Shown: positions 1 to 9,068 of the stretch, in pieces
Layout: each line of letters begins with the position of its first letter
Numbering within the stretch: position 1 is the first letter of the stretch
NCBI GenBank assembly: GCA_965248265.1
Contig: CBDFJF010000002.1
Location: 2,720,001 to 2,784,000, forward strand
DNA: 64,000 nt
Origin: Candidatus Latescibacterota bacterium
Lineage (GTDB): Bacteria; Latescibacterota; UBA2968; UBA8231
Direction: 5' to 3'
Position numbers and translations under genes: made by a program
The notes under the pieces: generated by a model
Database searches by the model: none
Told to the model about the DNA's origin: nothing
What the model saw: the letters and a program-made list of their open reading frames with translations, nothing else

Positions 1-308
1 ACTTTGCGCCGATTGCCATGAGGCTGGCCTGGCTCCTGGCCACCTCGCCGAAAGCAGAATTCCGCAACGGCAAGGAGGCGATCGAGCTTGCCAAATCCGC
101 TTGTGAAGAATCCGATTTTCAGGATCCAGAAGCCTTGGACGTACTGGCAGCCGCCTACGCTGAGACGGGACAGTATGAAAAGGCGGTGACCACCGCGCGT
201 GACGCTCTTGACAAGGTCGCAGCAACAGACAAGCACGAGGCGAGACAAATTGAGTACCACCTCAAGTTTTTTGAATCTCGCAGGCCATACAGGCAAGGCG
301 GTGGCTGA
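1..308 (+). CDS. TPR-repeat protein, C-terminal part (5' end outside window)
   Basis: LAWLLATSP..RNGKEAIELAKSAC...LDVLAAAYAETGQYEKAV is a typical TPR C-terminal motif. Confidence 0.75.
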   Translation, partial: FAPIAMRLAWLLATSPKAEFRNGKEAIELAKSACEESDFQDPEALDVLAAAYAETGQYEKAVTTARDALDKVAATDKHEARQIEYHLKFFESRRPYRQGGG

Positions 309-335
309 ACCTTATTTTCGAAAGAGGAGCACTCC

Positions 336-1136
336 ATGGAAGCCTTCACTTTTCCTCACGACCAGCACGACGACATCCTGCAGTTCTTCAAGGAGAACAA
401 CTATGTCGTTATTGAAGACGCGCTCAGTGAAGAGGAGGTGAGCACGCTCAATACATTCGTCGACCGTTGCAAACGCGAGGATCCCGAGGGATGGGCAGTC
501 AAAGAGCGAGAGATGTACGGCCATGGCCAGATCCTGGTGGAGCACCCGGAACTGGATCGCCATGTGCGACCACCTCGTTCCTATCCGATTGTCGAGGCGA
601 TCTTGGGGAAGGGCGTTCGATTCGCCCAGTTTGATTTCCGCATTGCTCCCCCGGGAGCGGCCGGCGACTGCGCCATGCATTTCCATCGAGATCGGGCCCT
701 TGTTCCGCTGAACCGCCGTACAGAGAATCCCTACCACAGCGGCTATCTTTGCGCCATTTACTATCTGTGGGACGTCCACGACTGTTGCCCCTGCTTCGCC
801 GTGTTACCCAACAGCCACACCTATCCAAAGCTGGAGGACGCTCAAGCTCAGATGACCGACTACCAGGAGGTACCGATTCGTGGCAAGGCGGGAACCTGCA
901 TCCTCTACAACATCGATATCTTCCACGCCCGCATTACCGGCGTTGACGCGTGCACCCACGGACGCCGTACCCAGCATACGTACTACAGCCATGTGACCAA
1001 CCAGCCTCTCACTTACTGGATGTTGGTGCCGGAGAGTCTGGCGCGACATCCCGACCCGGTGACTCGTGAGTTCTACAGCCAGTGGACGGAGAGTATGGCG
1101 GAACACGCAGCGGAGCACTTTCCGACGGAGGGATGA
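336..1136 (+). CDS. Phytanoyl-CoA dioxygenase (PhyH) family Fe(II)/2OG oxygenase
   Basis: FFKENNYVVIEDAL start, HxD (FHRD), GKAGTCILYNIDIFH distal His; GAGGAG RBS upstream. Confidence 0.85.
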   Translation: MEAFTFPHDQHDDILQFFKENNYVVIEDALSEEEVSTLNTFVDRCKREDPEGWAVKEREMYGHGQILVEHPELDRHVRPPRSYPIVEAILGKGVRFAQFDFRIAPPGAAGDCAMHFHRDRALVPLNRRTENPYHSGYLCAIYYLWDVHDCCPCFAVLPNSHTYPKLEDAQAQMTDYQEVPIRGKAGTCILYNIDIFHARITGVDACTHGRRTQHTYYSHVTNQPLTYWMLVPESLARHPDPVTREFYSQWTESMAEHAAEHFPTEG

Positions 1137-1143
1137 GGAAACC

Positions 1144-2772
1144 ATGATGGATCAAGCGAGACGCGACGCGCGTTGGCGCAAGAGACGAATCATCTTCAAT
1201 AACGACGGCGACGATGCCCTTTACGCTCGCGACGGTATCGAGCACGAACACGACGTCGCCGAAGGCCTGACCGTGCGCACCTCTGGCGAGCTCATCGATG
1301 ATTTTCTAGCCGCCCGCAGCACGCCGTTGATCGGATCCCAGGTCGACAGCAACTGGTACGCCAGCTGCATGGCCGGTTTGACCTTTTCACATAACACCAA
1401 ACTGGGCGGTTTCTACGGCAAGGAGCTGCCGTTGGAGCTGGTGGAGAAGTATGGAAAGGATCCTCTGCAGGTACAGCTGGACTTCAGTCGGGAAAACGGC
1501 ATGGAAGCGGTGTGGGCCCTGCGCATGAACGACGCCCACGACGCCTATCCGATGGGCTCGCGCCGCTGGACCTACGGTTTGGCGCCGTTCAAGGTGGAAC
1601 ATCCCGAATGCATGTTCGGAGAAGATGGGGACTGGGAGAAGTTCGAAGGCGGCCGCAAGGCGCCCTGGACCAGGCTCGACTTTCCCCAGCCGATCGTGCG
1701 CGACCACATCTTCGGCATCATCGAAGAGGTCGCCCAGAACTACGACGTGGATGTCATCGGCATGGAGTTCTTCAAGTACGACCCGTTTTTCCGCGAGTCG
1801 TGGGAGGGCGAAGCCGTCACTCCTGAGCACGTCGAGATCATGACCGATCTCTTGCGGCGCATCCACAGGATGGCGATTGAAGAAGGGCAAAAGCGTGGTC
1901 GACCCATTCTACTGGCGGCGCACACACCCCCAGGGCTCGAATATTCCCGGTTCATTGGTCTCGATCTGGAAACCTGGCTCGCCGAAGGGTTGATCGACCA
2001 GCTGATCCCCGGCCATCTGAATGAGTCAGTGTACTGCGATTCGCACCGGGACATGATCGAATTCGGGCATCGCCACGATGTCCCCGTTTACCCTTGCCTG
2101 GGGTGGGGATTCTGGACCGCGTGGGCTTATCTCGACCTGGCCAAGGGCAAGTATCGAACCGCGGGTTCGTACCTCGAAAACCTGTATGGCGGCCAACCCG
2201 ATCGCCTCGGTAAACCCTCCTACATCCTGGAGTACAACGGGTGGGAGCACACGCTCGCTGCCTGGCGTGGAGCGGCGATGAATTTGTTCAACGATGGCGC
2301 CGATGGGCTCTACATCTTCAACCCTGCCCTGGGCGAGCCGCATTGGTGGCTGGAGATCGGCGATACCGCCACCATGGCGGGCAAGGACAAACTGTTTGGC
2401 GTGGATCAATTTCCGGAGGAAACCGGAAACGGCCAGGAGGTGGAACTGGTGCAGGGCGAGAAACTGGGGCTGAGTTTTCTGGTCGGCGAAGACACATCTG
2501 CCGGCAACCCTCAGCTCCGTTTTCGCGCCCACATGTGGGATCTCACCACGGAGGACGAGGTCTCCGTTGAGCTCAATGGAAAGTCGTTGTCCGGGTTGAA
2601 GGTCAACGACGCGTTCACCTCACCCGAAGAAGGCCAATGGCTGGAGGGCGATCTCACCCCCGATCAGGTCGTTCACGGGGAAAATTCGGTGGAGCTGGTA
2701 TTGAACAGGCGCGCCGAGTCGCAGCAGTCGCCTCTATTGCTGAACACCATTCAGCTGGCCGTGCGGTACTAA
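1144..2772 (+). CDS. Glycoside hydrolase-like TIM-barrel protein (GHL10/DUF187-like)
   Basis: RRIIFNNDG, LRMNDAHD, LDF..P.VRD, YDVD..E, GADGLYIFN motifs; start moved to ATG 1144 after GAGG. Confidence 0.65.
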   Translation: MMDQARRDARWRKRRIIFNNDGDDALYARDGIEHEHDVAEGLTVRTSGELIDDFLAARSTPLIGSQVDSNWYASCMAGLTFSHNTKLGGFYGKELPLELVEKYGKDPLQVQLDFSRENGMEAVWALRMNDAHDAYPMGSRRWTYGLAPFKVEHPECMFGEDGDWEKFEGGRKAPWTRLDFPQPIVRDHIFGIIEEVAQNYDVDVIGMEFFKYDPFFRESWEGEAVTPEHVEIMTDLLRRIHRMAIEEGQKRGRPILLAAHTPPGLEYSRFIGLDLETWLAEGLIDQLIPGHLNESVYCDSHRDMIEFGHRHDVPVYPCLGWGFWTAWAYLDLAKGKYRTAGSYLENLYGGQPDRLGKPSYILEYNGWEHTLAAWRGAAMNLFNDGADGLYIFNPALGEPHWWLEIGDTATMAGKDKLFGVDQFPEETGNGQEVELVQGEKLGLSFLVGEDTSAGNPQLRFRAHMWDLTTEDEVSVELNGKSLSGLKVNDAFTSPEEGQWLEGDLTPDQVVHGENSVELVLNRRAESQQSPLLLNTIQLAVRY

Positions 2773-3521
2773 TTAGGCTCCGCTAGAGGTCTATCCGGGC
2801 CGTTGCCATACTTCTCCACAAAGGATTCGATCAGAGAGGTCCCGGGCATCTGGCGCGCCACGAAACTGCAGTTGCGGACAACGGCCTCGAAGACGCGATT
2901 GGCGATTATTCTGTGTCCAAGGTCGTTGGGATGGCAATGGTCCTCGTCGATGATCCAGTCCACGCCGATCTCCGCGGAGTAGATATCAGCGAGTATGAGG
3001 CCGTTCGCCTCTGCGATCTGCTGAATGACGAGGTTGTACACCTCGGTGAGGTCGTAGCTGCTCTCCTCCCAGTGTTCGCAGTGCGAGTAGAGGATCTCGT
3101 GCATGTAGTAGGTGTTTATGATCACGATAACGGGGTCGATCCTGGCTCGAATGCGATCGATGAGCTCCTGATAAGCACGGCGGAAGGTCTCCGGAGGAGT
3201 GCCGCCACGCGAATCGTTGAGGCCGTATGACAGGAAGACCAGATCCGGGTCGTGGGCAATCAACTCATCGTCCACCCGTTCGAGCGCCGATGGCTTCGCG
3301 GAAAACTCATAGGACGGACAGTCCGGTGTCAGCACGTTGCTGCCGATGCCCTGGTTGATCAGCTCGATCGCCGCACCTTGGAACTCCTCGAGCATGGCGG
3401 CTACCTGGCTCACCCAGCATTTGCTCTTGTCGGACACCGAGTAGCCCCAGGTCGTGCTTTCTCCCAGTGCAATGATCCGCTCGACCGGCTCCGACCTCAG
3501 ATCGGTCTGACGCTTGAACAC
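2769..3521 (-). CDS. SGNH/GDSL hydrolase
   Basis: ALGESTT (block I), NQGIG, GLNDS, DHCHPN (DxxH). Confidence 0.85.
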   Translation of the reverse strand: MFKRQTDLRSEPVERIIALGESTTWGYSVSDKSKCWVSQVAAMLEEFQGAAIELINQGIGSNVLTPDCPSYEFSAKPSALERVDDELIAHDPDLVFLSYGLNDSRGGTPPETFRRAYQELIDRIRARIDPVIVIINTYYMHEILYSHCEHWEESSYDLTEVYNLVIQQIAEANGLILADIYSAEIGVDWIIDEDHCHPNDLGHRIIANRVFEAVVRNCSFVARQMPGTSLIESFVEKYGNGPDRPLAEPN

Positions 3522-3564
3522 GCTTATCGCCTCCAGGTCTGTGGTTGTCGCCTCATGAACGCTT

Positions 3565-4060
3565 TTATGAGCGCGGGATCTGCTCGATCCATATGCAGTC
3601 CGAGGAGAAGCGTTCCGGCAGGGAAATGTCCAGGCCGTGTGTCATCAGGTCGCTACCGCTGCAGGTCTGCGAGGCAACCGAACCGTCTTCGGATGTGATG
3701 TGGTAAAGGCGCTTTGCCCCAAGGCCGCGCAGGACTACCTGTTGCCTCGGTGAGGGGTTATCGGGGCGGAATACGATCACTGCCCCGACATGGGATTCGG
3801 GATCGTAGTACTGCATGCCGTCCCACGTCTTCTCGTCCGGTCGTGGCAGGACCCTGTACAGGTTGCCGTCAGCGATCAAGGGGCGAAGCTCCCCAAGTTT
3901 TGCCGGGTTTCTCCTCCGATCACCTGCATATGCTGCTCACCGCTGTTCCGATTTCTGAGGTCGCATCTCCAGGCCCCGAGAAGGTAGTGCACTTGGTAGC
4001 TCGCCTCGCAGAACGTGGAGCCCTCGAGGTCCGACTTCTGAACCCGTATGCCATCGCATA
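3565..4060 (-). pseudogene. Degraded 3' fragment of a GH36-like alpha-galactosidase
   Basis: GNLYRVLPRPD..WDGMQYYDP...VIVFRP...LRGL resembles the GH36 C-terminal domain; upstream part frameshifted, no N-terminus. Confidence 0.5.
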
Positions 4061-4271
4061 GGACCAACAAGTCTGGATCATGAACCACTTGGGAATCGAC
4101 TGCCTGTCACTGCTCAGTTTCGAGCGCTAGCCCTTGCCGCGATGGCAGTCATAGTGCGGGGACACACGTCTGAGTAGCCTCATCGTTGTTCAGAATCACG
4201 AGAAGGTGACCATCACATCCATACAACGATTCCCGCCCCATCCCAAGCGCGCGCATAGACAAGCGGTAACA

Positions 4272-4277
4272 TGTCAA
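4272..4277 (-). promoter_or_regulatory. -35 box TTGACA in IS110 right end (half of circle-junction promoter)
   Basis: TTGACA 13 nt inside the CT core; same in copy at 44559-44564. Confidence 0.8.
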
Positions 4278-4308
4278 CACCGATCGTGGGCAAATATCGA
4301 GTCTCCGT

Positions 4309-5499
4309 TCAGTTGAGGATAGGTGTGTAGGGACGATTGTTCTTGAGGACGCTGAAGACGACGTGGAGCATCTTGTTGGCGACATGAGTGAGCGCGACGA
4401 GATGGTGCTTGCCGCGATCAATGTGTCGCTGATAGACCTGGGTGAAGAGGGGGTCATGGCTCTTGAAGACGGCGATCTCTGAGGCTTGCATGACGGCGGT
4501 GCGCAGGTAGCGACTGCCGCGCTTGGACATTCTGCCGCGACCGACCAGATCGCCGCTGTCGAACTGCTTGACGTCGAGGCCAGCGGTGGCGACGAATTTG
4601 CGAGCACCATGCTGATCCTCGGGATGAAACACGGGCAGGATCTCGGCCAGGATGGTGGGTGCCCACACGGGCCCCAGACCTGGGACGGAGCGCAGAAGGC
4701 ACTGCTGCTCGGTCACGAGATCTTGCAGTTGTTCGTCGAGTTGAGCGATCTGTTCGATGAGGAGGTTGACGCGCTCCATGACGAAGCGAATCTCCAGGGA
4801 CAAGTGCTGACTGCGATGAGTGAGGGCGAAGGAGTTTTTAGCGGAGGCCTTCAAGGCTTGTGCCTGGTCTCGTCCGAAGGCTCCCCGACTGGCGTCCTTC
4901 AACAGACGCGTCAGGCGGCGGATGTCGACGCGGGCCAGGTCCTCAGCGGTGGGAAACTGTGCCAGCACGGCTCGACTGGAGGCACCGAAGAGATCGGAGA
5001 AGTGCTGCCCGTATTCGGGAAAAGCCAAGTCGAGGAGGCTGACGAGATGACCCTTTTGGGACTTGACGGTCTGTGCGCACTGATAGCGCAATCGCGTCAG
5101 ATCGCGCAAGGACTGGACCTGTCGATCCGGGATAGCGCAGACCTTCAGATCGGTCTCCCGCAGCAGATGGGCGATCAGCAGGGCATCGGCGCTGTCGGTC
5201 TTGGTGCCACGGATGGTGATGTTGCGCCGCGCTGCCACGACCAGGGGATTGATGAGGTCAACGACATACCCTGCCTGGACCAGGGCTTCGTAGAGGACCA
5301 TCCAGTAGTGGCCGGTGGCCTCCATGCCGACGCGGATGTCGGCGGCGGGTTGTCCGGTCTCGGCCAGGCGTTGACACAACTGCTCGATGCCCTGGCGAGT
5401 CTGCTCCACGGCGAGATTACGGAAAACAGCCTGAGATTCCTCATCCAACAGCGTGGCGCGATGACTGCGTTTGGCCACATCAATTCCAAGTGTCCACAT
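4309..5499 (-). CDS. IS110 DEDD recombinase/transposase, apparently intact
   Basis: GIDVAK, MEATGHYW, KTDSADA (DEDD); SVPGLG, FDSG (putative catalytic Ser), MSKRGSRYLR; AAGGAG RBS. Confidence 0.95.
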   Translation of the reverse strand: MWTLGIDVAKRSHRATLLDEESQAVFRNLAVEQTRQGIEQLCQRLAETGQPAADIRVGMEATGHYWMVLYEALVQAGYVVDLINPLVVAARRNITIRGTKTDSADALLIAHLLRETDLKVCAIPDRQVQSLRDLTRLRYQCAQTVKSQKGHLVSLLDLAFPEYGQHFSDLFGASSRAVLAQFPTAEDLARVDIRRLTRLLKDASRGAFGRDQAQALKASAKNSFALTHRSQHLSLEIRFVMERVNLLIEQIAQLDEQLQDLVTEQQCLLRSVPGLGPVWAPTILAEILPVFHPEDQHGARKFVATAGLDVKQFDSGDLVGRGRMSKRGSRYLRTAVMQASEIAVFKSHDPLFTQVYQRHIDRGKHHLVALTHVANKMLHVVFSVLKNNRPYTPILN

Positions 5500-5514
5500 T
5501 CGGCGAGCTCCTTG

Positions 5515-5778
5515 ATCAAGTGACCGAAGCTGCCCACGATCGGGGTGACGCCAGCTGGCACATCCTCGTAGCCAGATCAGGGAACGAAGGTCCCGTCAAG
5601 CGGTAAGTGCATGTGCTGGCGCAATGGCGGTCTAAGCCAGAGGACTGAGCCTCGAGTGGAGGATAGCCAACCCAGCAGCTTCGCTGATCCAGGATCGCAT
5701 TGCTGGCATCAGGAAGCAAGCACTGAGAGTACGCAGCTGGTCGCCGTCTCGCGGGGCAGACACACCGAAGTGGTCTGT
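5515..5778 (-). ncRNA. Predicted IS110 bridge RNA
   Basis: 9-bp closing stem (5525-5533/5675-5683) encloses two loops with internal hairpins. Loop 1 has TATCCTCC and GCTTAG (target match); loop 2 has TTACCGCTTG and TACGAG (donor match). Transcript ends are estimates. Confidence 0.8.
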
Positions 5779-5782
5779 ACCC

Positions 5783-5788
5783 ATTATA
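5783..5788 (-). promoter_or_regulatory. -10 box TATAAT in IS110 left end (half of circle-junction promoter)
   Basis: CT-CG-TATAAT; joined ends give TTGACA-tgttaccgcttgtctcg(17)-TATAAT. Confidence 0.8.
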
Positions 5789-5790
5789 CG

Positions 5791-6075
5791 AGTGAGGATA
5801 AACGGCATTACATCGGTAGTCAGTCAAGCGGTTTTTGGGCTTTTCGAGGGCGTTGAGGGTCGTGCTTGTGCGTTGATCGTGGTGCGGTGAACGATGGGGC
5901 AGTGGATAGGTGCCCGGATCAGCGCCTGCGGGCGCCGCGGCAGCTGTCAGCGAGAGATGGGAACGCAGCGGTGTCCGGCCGGTCGGTCTCAGGCGGCAAA
6001 GTCGAACTCGTGTTGGGGATGAGGCCGTGGTGGAGCGATGGGCGGCGCGCGCGACGGTAGACCGACGCCCTCCAG
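5791..6075 (-). mobile_element. IS91/ISCR family-A remnant: transposase C-terminus + oriIS, split by IS110
   Basis: LEGVGLPSRAPPIAPPRPHPQHEFDFAA* then ~200 bp ending GTTTATCCTCA-CT; homologous to 39491 and 48302. Confidence 0.8.
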
Positions 6076-6413
6076 AACGGCGGAATGCGGGGTTGGGGCT
6101 TTAGACGGGCATGCCGAAGGAGAGGGATCCAGGGCTGAGCGTGGTTTTCCCCCTTTTTCGCGACTCAGATGATCAGTTGGGGCGCAGCAGTCCAAGCGCG
6201 CTGCGGTTAGGCCGCGTATTCGAACTCAGCCTGCTGATCGTGCCTTGCCGGAGCAATTGGTGGAGGCCTTGCTGGCAGGCCCACCCCCTCGAGGTATGAG
6301 CGAATCGAGGCAGGCTCAGTCAAGGCAGCTACTATTTTCATCTGGCCGCCGCAGTCGGGGCATTCTGAAACGTCAATTGAAAACACGCGCGCCAGCAACT
6401 CGCACCAGGACAG
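6075..6413 (-). mobile_element. IS91/ISCR family-B remnant (transposase C-terminus 6207-6413 + part of 3' region)
   Basis: SWCELLARVFSIDVSECPDCGGQMKIVAALTEP..YLEGVGLP is the IS91-type C-terminal motif; 6075-6160 matches 49753-49839 and 60244-60306. Confidence 0.85.
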
Positions 6414-6525
6414 GGTCTTCGAGGAACAGCGAGTGTGGATGTTCAAGACAGATCTGATATTCTATCGGAAATGAGGCTTAGCGGCGCAGCTAAGCAAGGA
6501 TATGCAGTGCTATATGGGAAATCCC
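6413..6525 (+). repeat. ~110-bp promoter/leader element, copy 1
   Basis: Similar to reverse complement of 56956-57064 (near-identical over the 3' ~70 bp); TGnTATTCT and hairpin GCTTAGC-N6-GCTAAGC. Confidence 0.75.
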
Positions 6526-6561
6526 CGCTAAACAGACACTTACTGTAAGGAGATACTAGCT

Positions 6562-7893
6562 ATGACAAAATCACCCCAACACACCAATACTGGCTCATCC
6601 CGGAAGCGGTTGCGGAGCTATGGCGCAAGCTGTCTGATGCTCATCGGGATCATCTTCCTGAACGCATTGCCGACGCAGGCGGTTCCGCCCCCGCCGGTGG
6701 AGCGCGTGGAGATTCGCGGAAAAGCTCTCTATGTAAACGGGAAACCGTTTTTCCCGGTGAGCATAGGCTTTGTCGCGCACAATCATTATTCTCTGCCAGA
6801 GGCTGGTGAGAAGGGCTTCAATCTCGCCGAAACCCACGCAGGGACGCCACAGGCTTTCCGTATGGACATCGATGACGCCTATGCTAACGGTATGTACTCC
6901 GAGGCTTCACTCAGCAATGGTGTGTGGAAAGACCTGGAGATGGTCGAGCGGATAGTGAAGGCCTGCCGCGATGCCCCCGGACTGCTGGTGTGGGCGTTGG
7001 AGGATGAGCCCAACCATCCCAACAAACCTTCCTACAGGTATCCACCCGAGCAGTTCAAGCCGGTGGTCGACCTGATCAAGCGGCTCGATCCGCTGCACCC
7101 GGTATACCTCAACCTGGCCTGCGGACGTCTCAAGGACCATCAGGACTACCGGGATGTGGCGGACATCCACTCGGACGACATCTATCCGGTTCCCACCTCT
7201 CCCCTGGCGCATGTTGCCCAATACTCCGATAGTGTGGTGAAGGGCGCGGCGGGCGAGCCGGGCTGGCTGTGGATTCAGATGTCTCCCGTGCAGGGCCCCG
7301 GTTATATATGGGAAGGTGGCATCCCCGATCGAGCCCCGACCATGACAGAGGTCCGTTGCATGACCTATATGGCTGTGGCGCACGGCATCAGCGGCGTCCA
7401 GTACTTAGCTTTCCACTTCCAAAATAAGGGGGGCGACTGGTGGATCAACCAGTCAGAGCCGGCGTTCTGGGCGCAGTGGGCGGACCTGACGGCGGAATTG
7501 CGCCTTTTGACGCCTTACCTCTTGGCACCGGAGGCGCCCGGGCTCGTGTCGGAAATCATCGAAGGGTCCAAGGCCAGAGAACTTGGATATACAGCACTGC
7601 ACCTGTCACTGCGGCAAACTGACAGCGGCTACTTCCTGATCGCGGTCAACGGCTTCAATTCGCCGATCAAAGCTCGGTTCAAGGTTCCTGTTCCTGATGG
7701 CGGATTGGCACCAGATGGTGCTGCGGTGCGTTCTGAGCATCGACTGGTGGCCGTCAAGAATGGCGTGTTTGAAGACTCCTTTGAGCCTTATGCCGTACAT
7801 CTATACGAGATACCGTTCAAAGTGAAGTTTACAGGTCACCCCATCAAAGAGACGATCAGTTGGCCGCGGTGGCAACGGCGGCCCCGGCCGTGA
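6562..7893 (+). CDS. Secreted glycoside hydrolase-like protein (clan GH-A-like barrel)
   Basis: Signal-like N-terminus, LYVNGKPFFP, WALEDEP, DPLHPV, DIYPVP; AAGGAG RBS. Confidence 0.6.
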   Translation: MTKSPQHTNTGSSRKRLRSYGASCLMLIGIIFLNALPTQAVPPPPVERVEIRGKALYVNGKPFFPVSIGFVAHNHYSLPEAGEKGFNLAETHAGTPQAFRMDIDDAYANGMYSEASLSNGVWKDLEMVERIVKACRDAPGLLVWALEDEPNHPNKPSYRYPPEQFKPVVDLIKRLDPLHPVYLNLACGRLKDHQDYRDVADIHSDDIYPVPTSPLAHVAQYSDSVVKGAAGEPGWLWIQMSPVQGPGYIWEGGIPDRAPTMTEVRCMTYMAVAHGISGVQYLAFHFQNKGGDWWINQSEPAFWAQWADLTAELRLLTPYLLAPEAPGLVSEIIEGSKARELGYTALHLSLRQTDSGYFLIAVNGFNSPIKARFKVPVPDGGLAPDGAAVRSEHRLVAVKNGVFEDSFEPYAVHLYEIPFKVKFTGHPIKETISWPRWQRRPRP

Positions 7894-8131
7894 CTGCGCC
7901 GGTTGGCGATGGTGGGACTTCGGAGGTCAGAAACGGTGACTGAAGCAGACGGACGTGGGCTGCTGCCAGCAGACCTTCTATCCGTCGCTTCACTCTGTGC
8001 TGACTCACTGCGGAAAGGGTATCAGGCGTTGATGGTGCTGATACCGTTGATATCTAACTCCAATAAAAGCCCTTGGAGAAACCTTTTGATTCTGCTATTC
8101 TACCGCTGATCTCAGCGCAGGAGGCCTTATT

Positions 8132-8420
8132 ATGATCCACTATTCGTGTGATCTATGTGGCAAGGGTTTGCCCCCCCGAAATTCCCCGTTATGTAGTCCG
8201 CATAGGAGTTTTTGCCGCCGCCAAGCCTGACCTTGTGGACAAGCCCGACGAGGTTATTCAGGAGATGCTCGCCAAGATGGAGCAGATGTCTCTCAAGGAG
8301 ATCGAGGACGGTTCTTATCGTATTTACCGTTATGATTTATGCCGTTCGTGCCAGACCAAGTTTTTGGACAACCCGCTGACCAACACCACTCTCCTCCCCC
8401 AACTACACTCAAATAATTAG
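8132..8420 (+). pseudogene. Small CxxC...CxxC zinc-binding protein with +1 frameshift in a C7 run (8171-8177)
   Basis: GGAGG RBS then MIHYSCDLCGKGL; removing one C joins it to PEIPRYVVRI...YDLCRSC. Confidence 0.7.
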
Positions 8421-8429
8421 TCCATATAT

Positions 8430-8643
8430 GCATAGGGAGGATAAACGGTGTTATCGGGAGTCGGTCAAGTGGGTTTTTTTTTGGATTCGATGGTGGTGCT
8501 TGCTGTCGCCAGGGCGCTTGGGTGCCGGCCGTGGGTCGGGTGGGGTGCGATGGGACCGTCGATTCGGCCTTGGGACCGGCTTGATCCGCAATGCCATGGG
8601 TGGTGCCGATGAAAATCTGAGCTTTTGTGATGGACGGCGGTGC
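8430..8643 (-). mobile_element. IS91/ISCR oriIS remnant (family-A variant)
   Basis: GCATAGGGAGGATAAACGGTGTTATCGGGAGTCGGTCAAG parallels family-A ends; inner boundary approximate. Confidence 0.7.
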
Positions 8644-9068
8644 ACCATAGGCCGGCCGCAGTCGGTGAACGGGCTTTCCGTGAGCATGACGTGCGGTCTC
8701 ACCTCGAGGATGAGTTCCGCTATGCGATCGATAACCTCTGGATGCTCTGAGATGAGAAACGGCTTGTCCGGGAAGTTCAGCATGCGGATGTCAGTGACGT
8801 CGAAGATGGCGGCCGCGTTGCGCAGTTCATCCTCTTTCTGCTGGATGTATCTTTCGGCCGAAGCATTGACGACTGACGCATCTCGCTCCGACACCGGTTT
8901 GCGCAACTCCTCCATCCATTCCTCTCGATGGGTGCTGCCTCCGTGGGTCACCACGCATACCGTGGCTTCGTCCCCCCGTTCGACGTGTTTTCCGAGCGTC
9001 CCGGAAAACCAGGTGAAATCGTGGGGGTGGGCAGACACTGTCAGTATGCGCAGCTTGCGATCGGTCAT
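8644..9068 (-). pseudogene. PIG-L/LmbE family deacetylase, 3'-truncated at the oriIS remnant
   Basis: SAHPHDF, VCVVTHG, LNFPD, ILEVRPHVMLTES; reads into non-coding element sequence. Confidence 0.8.

Larger units (their letters stand above)
4257..5792 (-). mobile_element. Complete IS110-family element bounded by repeated CT core (AG at 4257-4258 and 5791-5792 on + strand)
   Basis: Removing the element restores GCGCAT-AG-TGAGGATAAAC, matching the empty sites at 39491 and 48302; the same right end recurs at 44578. Confidence 0.9.

Noticed and set aside
4486-5523. Long antisense or alternative-frame ORFs (also 12062-13234, 14351-15376, 35667-36788, 45092-46330)
   Set aside because: Shadows of real high-GC genes, with no motifs.
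5783-5828. Hybrid promoter from ori TTGACT plus IS110 TATAAT in the inserted state; outward promoter in ori ends
   Set aside because: Spacing is 33 nt for the hybrid; in empty ori copies no good -10 lies 17 nt from TTGACY.
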